DNA of 64,000 bases. It comes from a virus (lineage: Duplodnaviria > Caudoviricetes). Positions within the stretch are counted from its first letter, which is position 1; the number at the start of each line of letters is the position of its first letter. A program made the translations under genes and the position numbers. Location: positions 19,827 through 83,826 of the IMG/VR virus record IMGVR_UViG_3300009873_000004, one strand, 5' to 3'. Below the pieces are notes generated by a model, which was not told the DNA's origin, ran no database searches, and saw only the letters and a list, made by a program, of their open reading frames with translations. Of this stretch, positions 17,472-26,607 are shown piece by piece.

Positions 17472-19862
17472 CTAGAGTCGACGACGGCGCAGCCGCCCGT
17501 TGACGGGCGTCTTCAGCCCCTCCTCCACCATGGCCGCGATCTCGTTGCGGTGCGAGGGCACCGGCATCTCGATCGACGGGATGGCTCCCACAAAGTATTG
17601 CAGGTAGAGCGCCTGCGCCCCGCACATCTCGTTGGGGTGCATGACGATAAAGGGCTCGGTGCTGGCATGCACGATCTGGCTGTCAGCCACGCACAGCGGA
17701 CAGGGTCCCGAGGCGCTCTTCTCCGGGTGCAGCACCCGCCGCCAGTGGGACGCGCCCTGCTGCTGAAAGGCGAACATCTGCCCGTTGAGGACCGCCATCT
17801 TATAGCCCTCTTGCGGGTAGAGCATCGCCCGCCAGGCGATGCGGGCCGTCTGGTGCTCGTCGGTGGCGTTCAGATCTTCCAAGAAGCCGTCCGCAAAGGC
17901 GTTGATCCAGGCCGACGACTGGTCGAGCCATTCGTCCAGCGCCGCGCCATTGACGGTCCCAAACGCCCCGCCACTGGCCTCATAGCTGGCCCGCCCGATC
18001 AGCCGGGTGAAGCTGGCGTTGTGCATCTTGAGCGCGGCGATAAAGGCGGCCGGATCCCCCCGCTCCCAGAGCAATTCGCGCAGGGCGGCATAGATCTCGG
18101 CAAACCAGGCCTTGCGATCCGCTTCGTCGTCGGCTGCCTTGAGCGAGGTCTTGGGCCGACCCTGCGGCTTGGTCTGGCTGACGGTCTTGCTCGCGCCGTT
18201 CGGACCCGCCACGGTCTGGGAGAAGGAAGCCGGAGGCCCGAACTTCTCCTTGTTGGGATCGAACTCCTTCTTGCGCTCCAGTTCGGTCTCGTAATCGTAC
18301 CCGGATCGTTCCAGCGTCGTCTGCGGGCTGATCAAGCCGATGGTGTACAACGGCTGGAGTTCTTTCTCGATCTGGCTGCCGACCTCCAGCAGGGACTTGG
18401 AGAACCCGACCTTGGCCGAAGCAATCTTTTCGGCTGCCCTGGACCCGTCGCGCTCGGCCCAGCGGCGGCGATAGCCCTGCTCCCACTTCAAGACCTGCGT
18501 GCGGGCAAACTCCAGCCGCCGCAGGTACATGGTCAGGTCGATGTCCAGGCCCTGGTCGCCGCCTGACGAGCCCGAGAGCAGCTTGTTGCCGGTCGCCAGT
18601 CGGATGTTGGAGCCCAGGTCGCGGTAAACCGCCAGGGTCATCGACTGGTCGATCTGGTCGCCGATGGCGGCTTCCAACCCCTCGGGCACGATCACCTTGA
18701 CTTCCAGCCCGAAGCGCCAAACCAGGTCGCCCGTTCGCTGGCCGTTGAGACCGCCGATGGCGGCCTTGAGCGCGGCCATCTCCTTGGGCGAAGGCGGCAT
18801 GTCCTTGGTGCCCAGGACGAAGAGCCACAACTGGTTCTTGTAGCCTTCGAGCAAGGCCCGGCGCATCTCGCGATAAACCGCCCGCGTCGAGATCGAGCGG
18901 AAGGCGCGAGCATACGGCGGCAGGGGATAGCGCTGCCAGTCAAAGGCCTTGGCCCTGACCGGGTAGAGGTAGTTGGGGTTGATCGGGATGCCCCAGCCCT
19001 GGAGCACCTGCTCATTGAAGTCCGGCCCGAAAGCGTTGTAGGTCATCGGCCGGAAGGCGTTCTGCACCAGATCCTGGGTCCAGGTCTCGCTGTTGTTGAG
19101 CGGCCGGATGGCGTAGGGAGTCGCGGCGTTCTGCGGCAGGCGGGCCTGCTGGCCGTAGGTCAGATGGTTGCCGACCCAGATGTAGCGCGGGGGCAGCATG
19201 AAGATGCTTTCGGCCTGGCCGGTGGCCTTGTCCTGCGGGATCTCGATCGGATAGGCCGAGCCCCACACCCCGACGCACATCATCAACTGGTAAAGCACAT
19301 GGCGCATGTCGATCCCATGCACCGAATAGTGCTCCTGAAGCTGCTTCTCCAGGCCCTTGTCCTTGGGGACCGAGACGGTGATCTCGGGCGAGATCGCCAC
19401 GTCGATGGCGCTCTCCAGGTGCTGCCAGACATCGCCCTCGGTGTTGTTGTAATACTCCGAGAGGTTCATGGCCGAGCGAATGGCGGCCGGGATCGGATCC
19501 GGTGGCCGCTCGTCTTTTCGAGGCTCCTGCCCAACCAGACCGCCCCGGTAATCCGGATCCGGGTCGAGCATCGCCACCAGGCTGTTGAAGCGGTTGGCTG
19601 CCTCCACCAGGACCGGGTCCCGGCGATCAATCGTCTTGCCGCGCTCGCCCTGCCCCACCAGCCGCTCGACCTTGGCGTACAGATCGCTGTCGGGCGTCCG
19701 GTTCCAGATCACCGGAAAGCCAAACTCTCCAGCCTCGTCGTGCTTGGACTGGAGAGTCAGCAGGTCTTTCTCGCGCTTGGAGATGAAGCGCTGGTTGTGG
19801 TTGTCCCACCAGCGCCGGTTCTTGTTCTTGTAGACGAAACGCTCGGTTGGCTTCTTGGGCAT
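17472..19862 (-). CDS. Portal protein with C-terminal MuF/head-morphogenesis-like domain
   Basis: About 800 aa between terminase and protease; portal-like central region; C-terminal WRRVLH..S..GPCPLC...HPNEMC resembles the MuF CxxC...HPNCRC motif. Confidence 0.7.
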   Translation of the reverse strand: MPKKPTERFVYKNKNRRWWDNHNQRFISKREKDLLTLQSKHDEAGEFGFPVIWNRTPDSDLYAKVERLVGQGERGKTIDRRDPVLVEAANRFNSLVAMLDPDPDYRGGLVGQEPRKDERPPDPIPAAIRSAMNLSEYYNNTEGDVWQHLESAIDVAISPEITVSVPKDKGLEKQLQEHYSVHGIDMRHVLYQLMMCVGVWGSAYPIEIPQDKATGQAESIFMLPPRYIWVGNHLTYGQQARLPQNAATPYAIRPLNNSETWTQDLVQNAFRPMTYNAFGPDFNEQVLQGWGIPINPNYLYPVRAKAFDWQRYPLPPYARAFRSISTRAVYREMRRALLEGYKNQLWLFVLGTKDMPPSPKEMAALKAAIGGLNGQRTGDLVWRFGLEVKVIVPEGLEAAIGDQIDQSMTLAVYRDLGSNIRLATGNKLLSGSSGGDQGLDIDLTMYLRRLEFARTQVLKWEQGYRRRWAERDGSRAAEKIASAKVGFSKSLLEVGSQIEKELQPLYTIGLISPQTTLERSGYDYETELERKKEFDPNKEKFGPPASFSQTVAGPNGASKTVSQTKPQGRPKTSLKAADDEADRKAWFAEIYAALRELLWERGDPAAFIAALKMHNASFTRLIGRASYEASGGAFGTVNGAALDEWLDQSSAWINAFADGFLEDLNATDEHQTARIAWRAMLYPQEGYKMAVLNGQMFAFQQQGASHWRRVLHPEKSASGPCPLCVADSQIVHASTEPFIVMHPNEMCGAQALYLQYFVGAIPSIEMPVPSHRNEIAAMVEEGLKTPVNGRLRRRRL

Positions 19863-19894
19863 GATTGAATTGCAGTGTAATTGCAATTCAATCA
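19862..19894. repeat. Perfect 13-bp AT-rich inverted repeat filling the portal leader
   Basis: TGATTGAATTGCA-gtgtaat-TGCAATTCAATCA. Confidence 0.9.
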
Positions 19895-20089
19895 GTCGTC
19901 AAGCGGCTCGTCTTCTTCCGGCTTGCCGGTCTCCGGGTCGATGTAGCGCTTGCCGTGACAGTCGGGGTAGTTGCGGCAGCCCCAGAAGGGAGTCCAGGCT
20001 GCCCTGGGTCCGGGACGGCGCAGGATCATGGGAGACGCGCCGCATTCCGGGCAGGTCGGTTCAGGTTTCACTTGAATGATCGACGGCAT
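19892..20089 (-). CDS. Topoisomerase C4-type zinc-finger protein
   Basis: CPECG..M.LR.....FWGC.NYPDC. Confidence 0.8.
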   Translation of the reverse strand: MPSIIQVKPEPTCPECGASPMILRRPGPRAAWTPFWGCRNYPDCHGKRYIDPETGKPEEDEPLDD

Positions 20090-20378
20090 AGATCCCCAGA
20101 AGATGTGGATAGAGACGAGGCAGGTCGAGCTTATACAGATCCCACATCAATGTGACCAACTGCTCGGTATTCGGCTCACGCCCGTTGTGGTGCGCCATGT
20201 GGCAGGCGTGGCACAGGGAAATGCACAGGTCCTCCACATCCGTAGACTCCCCCTTCCGGCGACAGATGTGGTGGACATCTGTCGCCGGGTTGAGGGCGTT
20301 GTCTTCGGGACGGTACAGGCACCACAGGCACCACGGCCCATCACGCTCCGCTGCCCGGCACTGGGCTTGAGTTCTCAC
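20061..20378 (-). CDS. Small HNH nuclease (possibly packaging-associated)
   Basis: RD...CLWC...ATDVHHI......D.EDLCISLCHACH. Confidence 0.75.
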   Translation of the reverse strand: MRTQAQCRAAERDGPWCLWCLYRPEDNALNPATDVHHICRRKGESTDVEDLCISLCHACHMAHHNGREPNTEQLVTLMWDLYKLDLPRLYPHLLGIYAVDHSSET

Positions 20379-20664
20379 GGATGACGACCTTCCCCTCCCC
20401 GCCCAGATCCAGCGTGAGCGGCAAGACCACCAGGACGGGATCGCCTGGATCGGTCCCCTTGACCAGATGCACGTCCCCAAAACGCTCCTGAAGGCGGGCC
20501 AGGTCGGCGGCGAAGATCAGGAGCAGGTCTTCATCGGGCAGATGCCCTTTCGAAGTAGGCGGCTTGCCGCTCGGGGCTGAGTTCTTTGACGAGCCCGCCG
20601 TAGATCCGCCTGCCGCCCCTTTTCCGTTCCGCGTGCTGGTAGTACCTGCCGGTGACTTCGCCAC
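20341..20664 (-). CDS. Hypothetical protein
   Basis: GGAGG SD before GTG 20664. Confidence 0.5.
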   Translation of the reverse strand: MAKSPAGTTSTRNGKGAAGGSTAGSSKNSAPSGKPPTSKGHLPDEDLLLIFAADLARLQERFGDVHLVKGTDPGDPVLVVLPLTLDLGGEGKVVIRENSSPVPGSGA

Positions 20665-20736
20665 TTCGGTTCCTCCGAGGCCAACACTCAATCCGCCAGC
20701 CAACCTCTTCCGCAGCCCTGACTTTCTGGCCGGTCT

Positions 20737-21447
20737 CTAGGGCTGCGGCGTAGTAGGGTAAGACCCCTTCCTCGGCTCGTTTTGGGTCAACTCCCCCACC
20801 GGCCCCAGGGTGTTGTCGAACTTGCGGCCGTTGCCGTTGGGAGCCGGGCTGCCGATCTGGGTCTCGGGCAGGACCCGCGCCGGTTGGGGCAGGTGTCTCT
20901 GATTCCCCTTGCCACCGCCCTGCCCCCGGAACTGGTTGGGCACAGAAGCAGGATGCGGGTTGTACTGTGACATTTGCTGTGACGCGGGAAAAGCGGGCTG
21001 GTTTTGGCCCTTCTGTTTCTGATTCCGCTCCAGGAAATCCGGCACGCCGTTCTTGTCCTTGTCGAAAAGCTGGATCAAGGCAGCGGTCACAAACGAGCCC
21101 GTCCCCGAGGCGATCGGGATGATGTAGGTCGCCACGATCGCCAGCCAGGGCTCCAGCACCTGGCCGGTCGATAGCCGGTAGGAAATGACCTGGGAAGTCG
21201 CCGAAACCACGCCAAAGAGCGTGATGCCCACGGCTGCCGCCTGCTGCTTGCTGCCGGTCCAGCGCCGAACCGAGTGCATCGTGTAAGCCAGCAGGCCGTC
21301 CACCGTCAGGGCGCTGAGCAGCGCGATGAAGGGTGGGTTGGCCTGGAGATTGACCTGGTAGGTGTGAAATCCGGCGACGATCGCGCCGCCCAGGAAAATC
21401 AGGTAATACAGCATCACGTCAAACCAGGTTTCGCGTTTCTGAGTCAT
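20737..21447 (-). CDS. Multi-pass membrane protein (DUF2637-like) with disordered tail
   Basis: Four hydrophobic helices, ALTVDG motif, DKDKNGVPD motif, Q/P/G-rich C-terminus. Confidence 0.6.
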   Translation of the reverse strand: MTQKRETWFDVMLYYLIFLGGAIVAGFHTYQVNLQANPPFIALLSALTVDGLLAYTMHSVRRWTGSKQQAAAVGITLFGVVSATSQVISYRLSTGQVLEPWLAIVATYIIPIASGTGSFVTAALIQLFDKDKNGVPDFLERNQKQKGQNQPAFPASQQMSQYNPHPASVPNQFRGQGGGKGNQRHLPQPARVLPETQIGSPAPNGNGRKFDNTLGPVGELTQNEPRKGSYPTTPQP

Positions 21448-21668
21448 TTCTTCTTGCCCTTTCCAGGTTTCTGAGTCACTGCCTGATCGCCTTGCTGCTC
21501 TTTGCGCTCCACCCAGTCCAGGGGAATGCGCTTCATCCAGCCCACCGTGAAGTAGGGGATCTCGCCCTTCTGGATCTGGGTCAGCACGTTCTTGTAGCTG
21601 ATTCCCCAGCGTTTTGCCAGGTCGCGTGGCGAGATCGCGCTCTGGGACGTTTGTTCTATCATAGGCAT
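21444..21668 (-). CDS. Excisionase-like (HTH_17) DNA-binding protein
   Basis: SPRDLAKRWGIS..NV...I.KGEIP..TVG...RIP; AAGGAGG SD. Confidence 0.8.
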   Translation of the reverse strand: MPMIEQTSQSAISPRDLAKRWGISYKNVLTQIQKGEIPYFTVGWMKRIPLDWVERKEQQGDQAVTQKPGKGKKK

Positions 21669-21689
21669 ACTTTGCCTCCTTATGCAGTT

Positions 21690-21718
21690 AGATTACACGA
21701 AAGGGAATAAAGTGTCAA
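21690..21718 (-). promoter_or_regulatory. Sigma70-type promoter TTGACA-17-TAATCT
   Basis: Starts immediately after the terminase stop codon. Confidence 0.7.
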
Positions 21719-24571
21719 TTACCAGGGGGCTTGCCAGCCTGTTTCTGATTCCGTTTCGGCCCAGCCCATGGCCGCCAGAAGCTCGTCCTCGGAATATTGG
21801 GCATCCAGCGAGAGCATCGCCTCGTAGATGACGTAGGTGGCGTGGCGCAGCATGTCGGTGTCGTGGTCGACCAGGCGCTTCTTGTCGGACGGATCAGGCG
21901 GGCCGTAGTAGACCGTGTGACCCGACTGGGTCTTCTTCTCGGTCGTGCCGCCCAGTTCGGACTGGAGATCGGGATCCGGACCAAGCCAAAGCTTGCGGCC
22001 GGGGAAGGGGGTGACGGCGTTGATCATCCAGTTGCGCAGGCGCTCGGTCGAGAGTTGCTTGTTGGGAATGTTGACCGTCTCGGCCTTGCGGGCTTCGTCC
22101 GACAGGATCCGGTAGACCTCGGGCTCGCGCTCGCGCAGCTTGTTGACCTCGAAGGTGGTCGAGCCGCCCGGCATGAAATGGCGGTAAAGCTCTTCCAGTT
22201 CCTCCCCGGCCGCCTGCTTGAGCAGTTGCACGGTCGGCAGGTGGTCGGACGAGAAGCCGACGAACTCGCCGGTAAAGACCTTGGTGCGCACATGCTGGAT
22301 GATGTCGATCTGGTGCGGCTGGGCGATGCGGCGCATGGTCAGCTTCACCACCAGCCGCCAGACATCCTCGGCCACGTCTTCATCGCTGAGTTGAGCAACC
22401 ACGCCCAGGACGGATGGATCGGGCGAGTAGCCATAGTCCAGGGCCAGGACAAAGCGCTTGACGCGCTGGCTGCCGAGCTTGAGGATCAGCCCCAGGTCGC
22501 GCATGTCCTCCCGCCCCAGGGCGAAGAGTTCCTGGGTGATGTAGGGGTGCGCCCCAATGGCGATCGAGCCAGGCGGGAAGGACGAGAACAGTTCCTCGCC
22601 CCATTCCCCCAGGACCTGGGTGATGTAGCCGTGGCTCTTCTCCCCGCCGTAGTCCTCGATCAGCTTCTGCTTGGCTTCTTCCGAGTCGTAGAGCGGGTTG
22701 ATGTGGGTCGGGTACTTGTGGCGTGACCAGGACTTGCCCCGATCGGTCTGGTCGAGTTCGTAGAAGGGCGAGCGCCGCACGCCGTTGGGCACGCCCGCCA
22801 GCACCCAATGGCAGAAGGGCAGGGCGGTCTGGAGCAGGGAATTGAAGACCGGGTAGGTGCCGAAGGCCTGCTCGTCGCCCCAGATGTAGTGCGCCCGCAG
22901 GCCGACCACGTTGCGGTCGGTGCCCGACAGGCCCTCGATGCGGAAGTAGATCAGCAGCCCGCCCTTGAAGCGCAGGATCGAGTTGTCGCCGCGCTTCTTT
23001 TCGGCCACGAACCCGCCCAGCAGGATGTTGCGATCCAGCCGGTTCCAGACCCGGTCCAGGAAGGGGTTCATGTGGACGTCGGACGGGGTGAAGAACAGCG
23101 CTTCGACCGTGCCTTCCGACTCGGTCAACAGCCCGGTCTGGATGACGTCGGCTTCCAGGTCGATCGTGTTGTGGGTGATGAAGCCGTTGGCGACAAAATT
23201 GTGCGATCCAGGAACGTTCAAGTCGTAAGTCAATTCCTCACCGTCAGGTGTAATCGACTCGATTTCGTCCCAATACACATGCCCATCCGCCAGGTTGATC
23301 AGATCTCCAATTCGATTGATCCAGCCAACCTTGAGCGCCTTGCTGCGGGAAACCTCGTAGCTTGATTTCAAACGAACGCCAGCATTGACTCCGGCCGTGT
23401 AAACACCGACGCCGGATTGCTCGATCACCGTCCTGACCAGTTGAAGCGGGATGCGATCGTGCTTGCTGGGTCCGGATTGAACAGCTAGATCGACAGCCGC
23501 CTGGACGGCAGCTTCTTTCGAGAAAATGCCGATCTCACTGGCGAAACGAATAACATCCTGGGAGTCGCAGATTTCGAGCGAATAACTCACTCCCCCAAGA
23601 TGCGTCTTTTTTGGATAAATCCTGGCGAAGATCCCAAAACGCAACAGCAGTTCACGCAGATCCTTGATCAATTCCAGGGAGACGCTGGCGTAACCGATGG
23701 AACCCGAGCGGGTGGCATAGCCATCCGTGGCATACAACCTGCTCAAAAAGAGCTTCAGCCCATCTCGACCAAGCGCGAAGATGGCATCGGGAATGAACTT
23801 GGTGTGGCTGTTCTTTCCGTTCAGTCCAAGTTCTACCAGCCGCCGCCTCAAGGGATTGACGATCTCATGGCGTTTGAATTTCTTGTTTGCCACAACGACA
23901 TAGTCGTACTTTCCACGCCGCCTGAGCGACAGGTCCCGATCCATTCGGTTGAGCCAGCCGGTGAAGTCCTGCAAAACATCCGGCGAGGCGGTAGTAAAAA
24001 CCAGCGTTGATCCCGAGATCCCACCATCCCCCAGCAGATAGGCAACCAGGGCAACCTCGCAATCTTCCAGCCCGCTGGTGTCTTCCGTGGGCATGGGCAT
24101 CTTGCGAGCCATGCCAACCAGATCGCCTGGCTTGAGATCTTCGCAGTTGGCCCAGCCGCTACCAGTCAAAAAGGGATGATTGCCGGAAACCCGAATGCTG
24201 GATCCCGATCGTGTTGTCACCTTGAATACCGGAACAACTTCATTAGGCCAGATCTTGGCTTTGGTCGGCCAGATACGCCAATCTCCCGCCAGCGAGGCAA
24301 CGTCCAATGGACCCTTTTCGATGTGGTCGGCTCGTTGTCGTCTTCCGGTATAGGGATCAACAATCAGCGTATCGCCCGCAATACACTTGGCGATCTTGCG
24401 GCCGGTGCAGTAGAGCTTGCGCGGGCTCTCATCGCACCACATCAACTTCTGTTCCCAGGATGGCTCCAGGGTGATCTCGTCCTTGAAGACTTCCTTGCGA
24501 AACAGGACCCGGTCGACCAGGACCAGGCCCGCGTAGAAGTCCAGATCGTCCGGAGCGGTTTCAAGGGTCAT
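21719..24571 (-). CDS. terL: Terminase large subunit containing an intein
   Basis: Walker A GRKIAK|T, Walker B YIWGDEQA, coupling motif GVPNG, nuclease LDYGYSPD and DHDTDMLRH. Confidence 0.9.
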   Translation of the reverse strand: MTLETAPDDLDFYAGLVLVDRVLFRKEVFKDEITLEPSWEQKLMWCDESPRKLYCTGRKIAKCIAGDTLIVDPYTGRRQRADHIEKGPLDVASLAGDWRIWPTKAKIWPNEVVPVFKVTTRSGSSIRVSGNHPFLTGSGWANCEDLKPGDLVGMARKMPMPTEDTSGLEDCEVALVAYLLGDGGISGSTLVFTTASPDVLQDFTGWLNRMDRDLSLRRRGKYDYVVVANKKFKRHEIVNPLRRRLVELGLNGKNSHTKFIPDAIFALGRDGLKLFLSRLYATDGYATRSGSIGYASVSLELIKDLRELLLRFGIFARIYPKKTHLGGVSYSLEICDSQDVIRFASEIGIFSKEAAVQAAVDLAVQSGPSKHDRIPLQLVRTVIEQSGVGVYTAGVNAGVRLKSSYEVSRSKALKVGWINRIGDLINLADGHVYWDEIESITPDGEELTYDLNVPGSHNFVANGFITHNTIDLEADVIQTGLLTESEGTVEALFFTPSDVHMNPFLDRVWNRLDRNILLGGFVAEKKRGDNSILRFKGGLLIYFRIEGLSGTDRNVVGLRAHYIWGDEQAFGTYPVFNSLLQTALPFCHWVLAGVPNGVRRSPFYELDQTDRGKSWSRHKYPTHINPLYDSEEAKQKLIEDYGGEKSHGYITQVLGEWGEELFSSFPPGSIAIGAHPYITQELFALGREDMRDLGLILKLGSQRVKRFVLALDYGYSPDPSVLGVVAQLSDEDVAEDVWRLVVKLTMRRIAQPHQIDIIQHVRTKVFTGEFVGFSSDHLPTVQLLKQAAGEELEELYRHFMPGGSTTFEVNKLREREPEVYRILSDEARKAETVNIPNKQLSTERLRNWMINAVTPFPGRKLWLGPDPDLQSELGGTTEKKTQSGHTVYYGPPDPSDKKRLVDHDTDMLRHATYVIYEAMLSLDAQYSEDELLAAMGWAETESETGWQAPW
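23168..24385 (-). mobile_element. Intein with LAGLIDADG endonuclease (406 aa)
   Basis: CIAGDT N-terminus, SGNHPF block B, YLLGDG and LYATDG blocks, YDLNV..SHNFVANGFITHN|T C-terminus; lower GC. Confidence 0.95.
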
Positions 24572-24798
24572 AGGTTGAGCGAAGCGGTGAAGTAGCCACG
24601 CACGATGTCGCCCGCTTCATCCCCGGCCAGGATCAGCAGGCTGGCAACCCGGTTGTAGATCTTCTCGCGCAGCAGGCGCTGTTCCAGGGCAGACTCTGCC
24701 GCCGTGCAGCGCTCGTCAATCACGATCGACTCGGACTCCCAGAGTTCCTCCAGGGTCTTGCAAGCGATCGCCACGACCTCGCGCAGGTTGTCGCTCAT
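24568..24798 (-). CDS. Hypothetical protein
   Basis: ATGA-coupled to neighbours. Confidence 0.55.
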   Translation of the reverse strand: MSDNLREVVAIACKTLEELWESESIVIDERCTAAESALEQRLLREKIYNRVASLLILAGDEAGDIVRGYFTASLNL

Positions 24799-25001
24799 TC
24801 CAGATTTGGAACCAGGGCCATGGGCTCGTCGACCCGCTTGAACTTGCCGTCCACCACCTGCTCAGACGCAGGCTTCGGTTTCCAACTCCCGGTCTGGTAG
24901 CCCGACAGGTCGGTCAGGGTCTGCATCCGGACGAAGAGCGAGTCCTTCGCCAACTGCTCGATCAGGCTCTCGATGTCGATCTGCCGAAGGAAGGCGCTCA
25001 T
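24795..25001 (-). CDS. Hypothetical protein
   Basis: Coupled ORF in the packaging operon. Confidence 0.5.
   Translation of the reverse strand: MSAFLRQIDIESLIEQLAKDSLFVRMQTLTDLSGYQTGSWKPKPASEQVVDGKFKRVDEPMALVPNLE
24798..24811. promoter_or_regulatory. Palindromic site TTCCAGATTTGGAA at a gene junction
   Basis: Copy of the 14-bp motif overlapping a stop/start junction. Confidence 0.55.
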
Positions 25002-25450
25002 TTTTCCGTTTCTCCACCAGCCATTGAAGGTCGTGCAGATGCCTGCACCAATAGCCGCCTTTCCTCGTTCCGGGGCGGCAGATCAGGAGCGCCTCGGCCC
25101 TGGTAATTAGACCAGCGCGTATGGCCTCCCGAGCGATGGCGTTGAAGGCTCTCCAGCACTTGATAATCGGCCGCTCGGTGGAGATAGCGGACTCGCTTAC
25201 CGCCATCGAACTCGGGCGGGGCATCTCCGGCCGGATAGAGGATAAGGGTCTTGGTGCCTGCGGCGTAGTCATCGACCACCTCGAACTCGACCCAGCCTTT
25301 GATGACGGCATCCACCAGGGCGTGGTCGAAGGTCGTCATCTCTTCCAGGTGCCGAAAGCGACTGCGAGTCAGGACGACTTCGACTCGCCGGGTGTGGTAG
25401 ATCTCCCACAGGCTGACCCCCTGGACGGTGTACTCAGCCAGTTCGTTCAC
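24998..25450 (-). CDS. Hypothetical protein
   Basis: GTGA-coupled ORF. Confidence 0.5.
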   Translation of the reverse strand: MNELAEYTVQGVSLWEIYHTRRVEVVLTRSRFRHLEEMTTFDHALVDAVIKGWVEFEVVDDYAAGTKTLILYPAGDAPPEFDGGKRVRYLHRAADYQVLESLQRHRSGGHTRWSNYQGRGAPDLPPRNEERRLLVQASARPSMAGGETEK

Positions 25451-25551
25451 GACCTTCTCCAGAAGGACCAGGCCTCCAACACAGCATAGATTGAACCGAC
25501 AACCAGAGTGGCGATTACGCCCACGACGACTCCCAGAAAGAATTCAGGCAT
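25447..25551 (-). CDS. 34-aa single-TM peptide (MPEFFLGVVVGVIATLVVGSIYAVLEAWSFWRRS)
   Basis: Overlap-coupled to both neighbours; fills the gap exactly; below ORF-track cutoff. Confidence 0.55.
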   Translation of the reverse strand: MPEFFLGVVVGVIATLVVGSIYAVLEAWSFWRRS

Positions 25552-26264
25552 CAGAACGGCACCTCCGGGAAGGCGACTTGCCCGACCAACTGGATCGGCG
25601 AGCCGCACTTGGGACAGTTGGTCAGAAACGACCAGGGCTGGTCCTGGCGAAAGTGGTACAGGATAAAGCCCAGGTTATAGGACTCCGGGCAGACCGGGCA
25701 GCGAATGGCAACCGTTTCGTTCTCGATGCGGATCCTGGCTGCCTCCCGGAACTTACGGATCTCGTTCTCGATGTTGACCTGCTCGCCTCGGGCCGCCCGG
25801 CCGATGCCCAGGGCCTGCTGCACCAGGCGGTGCTCTCGCGAGAGCGTCGTCTGTGTCTCGGACAGGTCCTTGTGATCGCGAGCGCTTAGCCCACCCGCCC
25901 GCAATTGGGTGTCGATCTCGTCCATCTGCATCTCGATCGAAACCAGGGTTTCGAAGGAGTGCTGATCGTTTGGCGTTATGTTGGTATAGCTTTGGGTGTA
26001 CTTCTCCAAACGGGCCAGGAAATTGGCCGAGCGGATGCGCTCCGCATACTTCGCCCGGCGCTCCAGAGTGTCCGGATCGACCAGGTAAGAGACGATCTCC
26101 TGCACGCCAAACCCATCGGGCCAGCGCCGCTCCAGGGCGGTGCGAGTCCCGGCATGGCGGTACGTCTTCAAGACCGCCTCGCCTTCAATGCCTTCCGGGA
26201 GCTTGAAGGTCTCCAGTTCCTTCTTGAGCTTGGAGACGATGTTCCTAGAAAGTTTCGACGCCAT
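25551..26264 (-). CDS. Probable terminase small subunit with C-terminal zinc ribbon
   Basis: Upstream of terL; helical FETLV.IE....QQALGIGR..R pattern; CPVC...CPKC. Confidence 0.45.
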   Translation of the reverse strand: MASKLSRNIVSKLKKELETFKLPEGIEGEAVLKTYRHAGTRTALERRWPDGFGVQEIVSYLVDPDTLERRAKYAERIRSANFLARLEKYTQSYTNITPNDQHSFETLVSIEMQMDEIDTQLRAGGLSARDHKDLSETQTTLSREHRLVQQALGIGRAARGEQVNIENEIRKFREAARIRIENETVAIRCPVCPESYNLGFILYHFRQDQPWSFLTNCPKCGSPIQLVGQVAFPEVPF

Positions 26265-26607
26265 ACAGGCGGATCTCCAGCCGGGACTCGGGAGCCCAGA
26301 GTTTGCGGCCAACTTCGCTCCAGACCTGCGAGTCGTCGTAGATCAGGGCGTCTTCCACACCCTTGAGGATGTTGGTCATGTCCGGCTTCCTGCGATGCGG
26401 CTTGCCCCACAACTTGGGGTCGGAGGTCTCGAAAAAAGCATGCACCTCAATCGCCTCGGCCGTCTTGAACTTCTGGAGCCGGTTGAAGCCCGTCAGGATC
26501 GTCTTGCAGTAGTTCTGGTAATACTCCAGCACCTTCGGGCTGTGCTTGCCCCGGCTCGTCGTCCGCACGTAGCCCCTGGGGACGACGGAGATACTTGCGG
26601 CCACCAT
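26245..26607 (-). CDS. rusA: RusA-like Holliday junction resolvase
   Basis: KPDMTNILKGVEDAL..DDSQV signature; start uncertain (26607 or 26697). Confidence 0.85.
   Translation of the reverse strand: MVAASISVVPRGYVRTTSRGKHSPKVLEYYQNYCKTILTGFNRLQKFKTAEAIEVHAFFETSDPKLWGKPHRRKPDMTNILKGVEDALIYDDSQVWSEVGRKLWAPESRLEIRLYGVETF

Noticed and set aside
35-19868. Long plus-strand ORFs over the left arm (e.g. 35..652, 3964..5160, 5514..6821, 17466..18566)
   Set aside because: Antisense shadows of real minus-strand genes in high-GC DNA; no SD and no recognisable motifs
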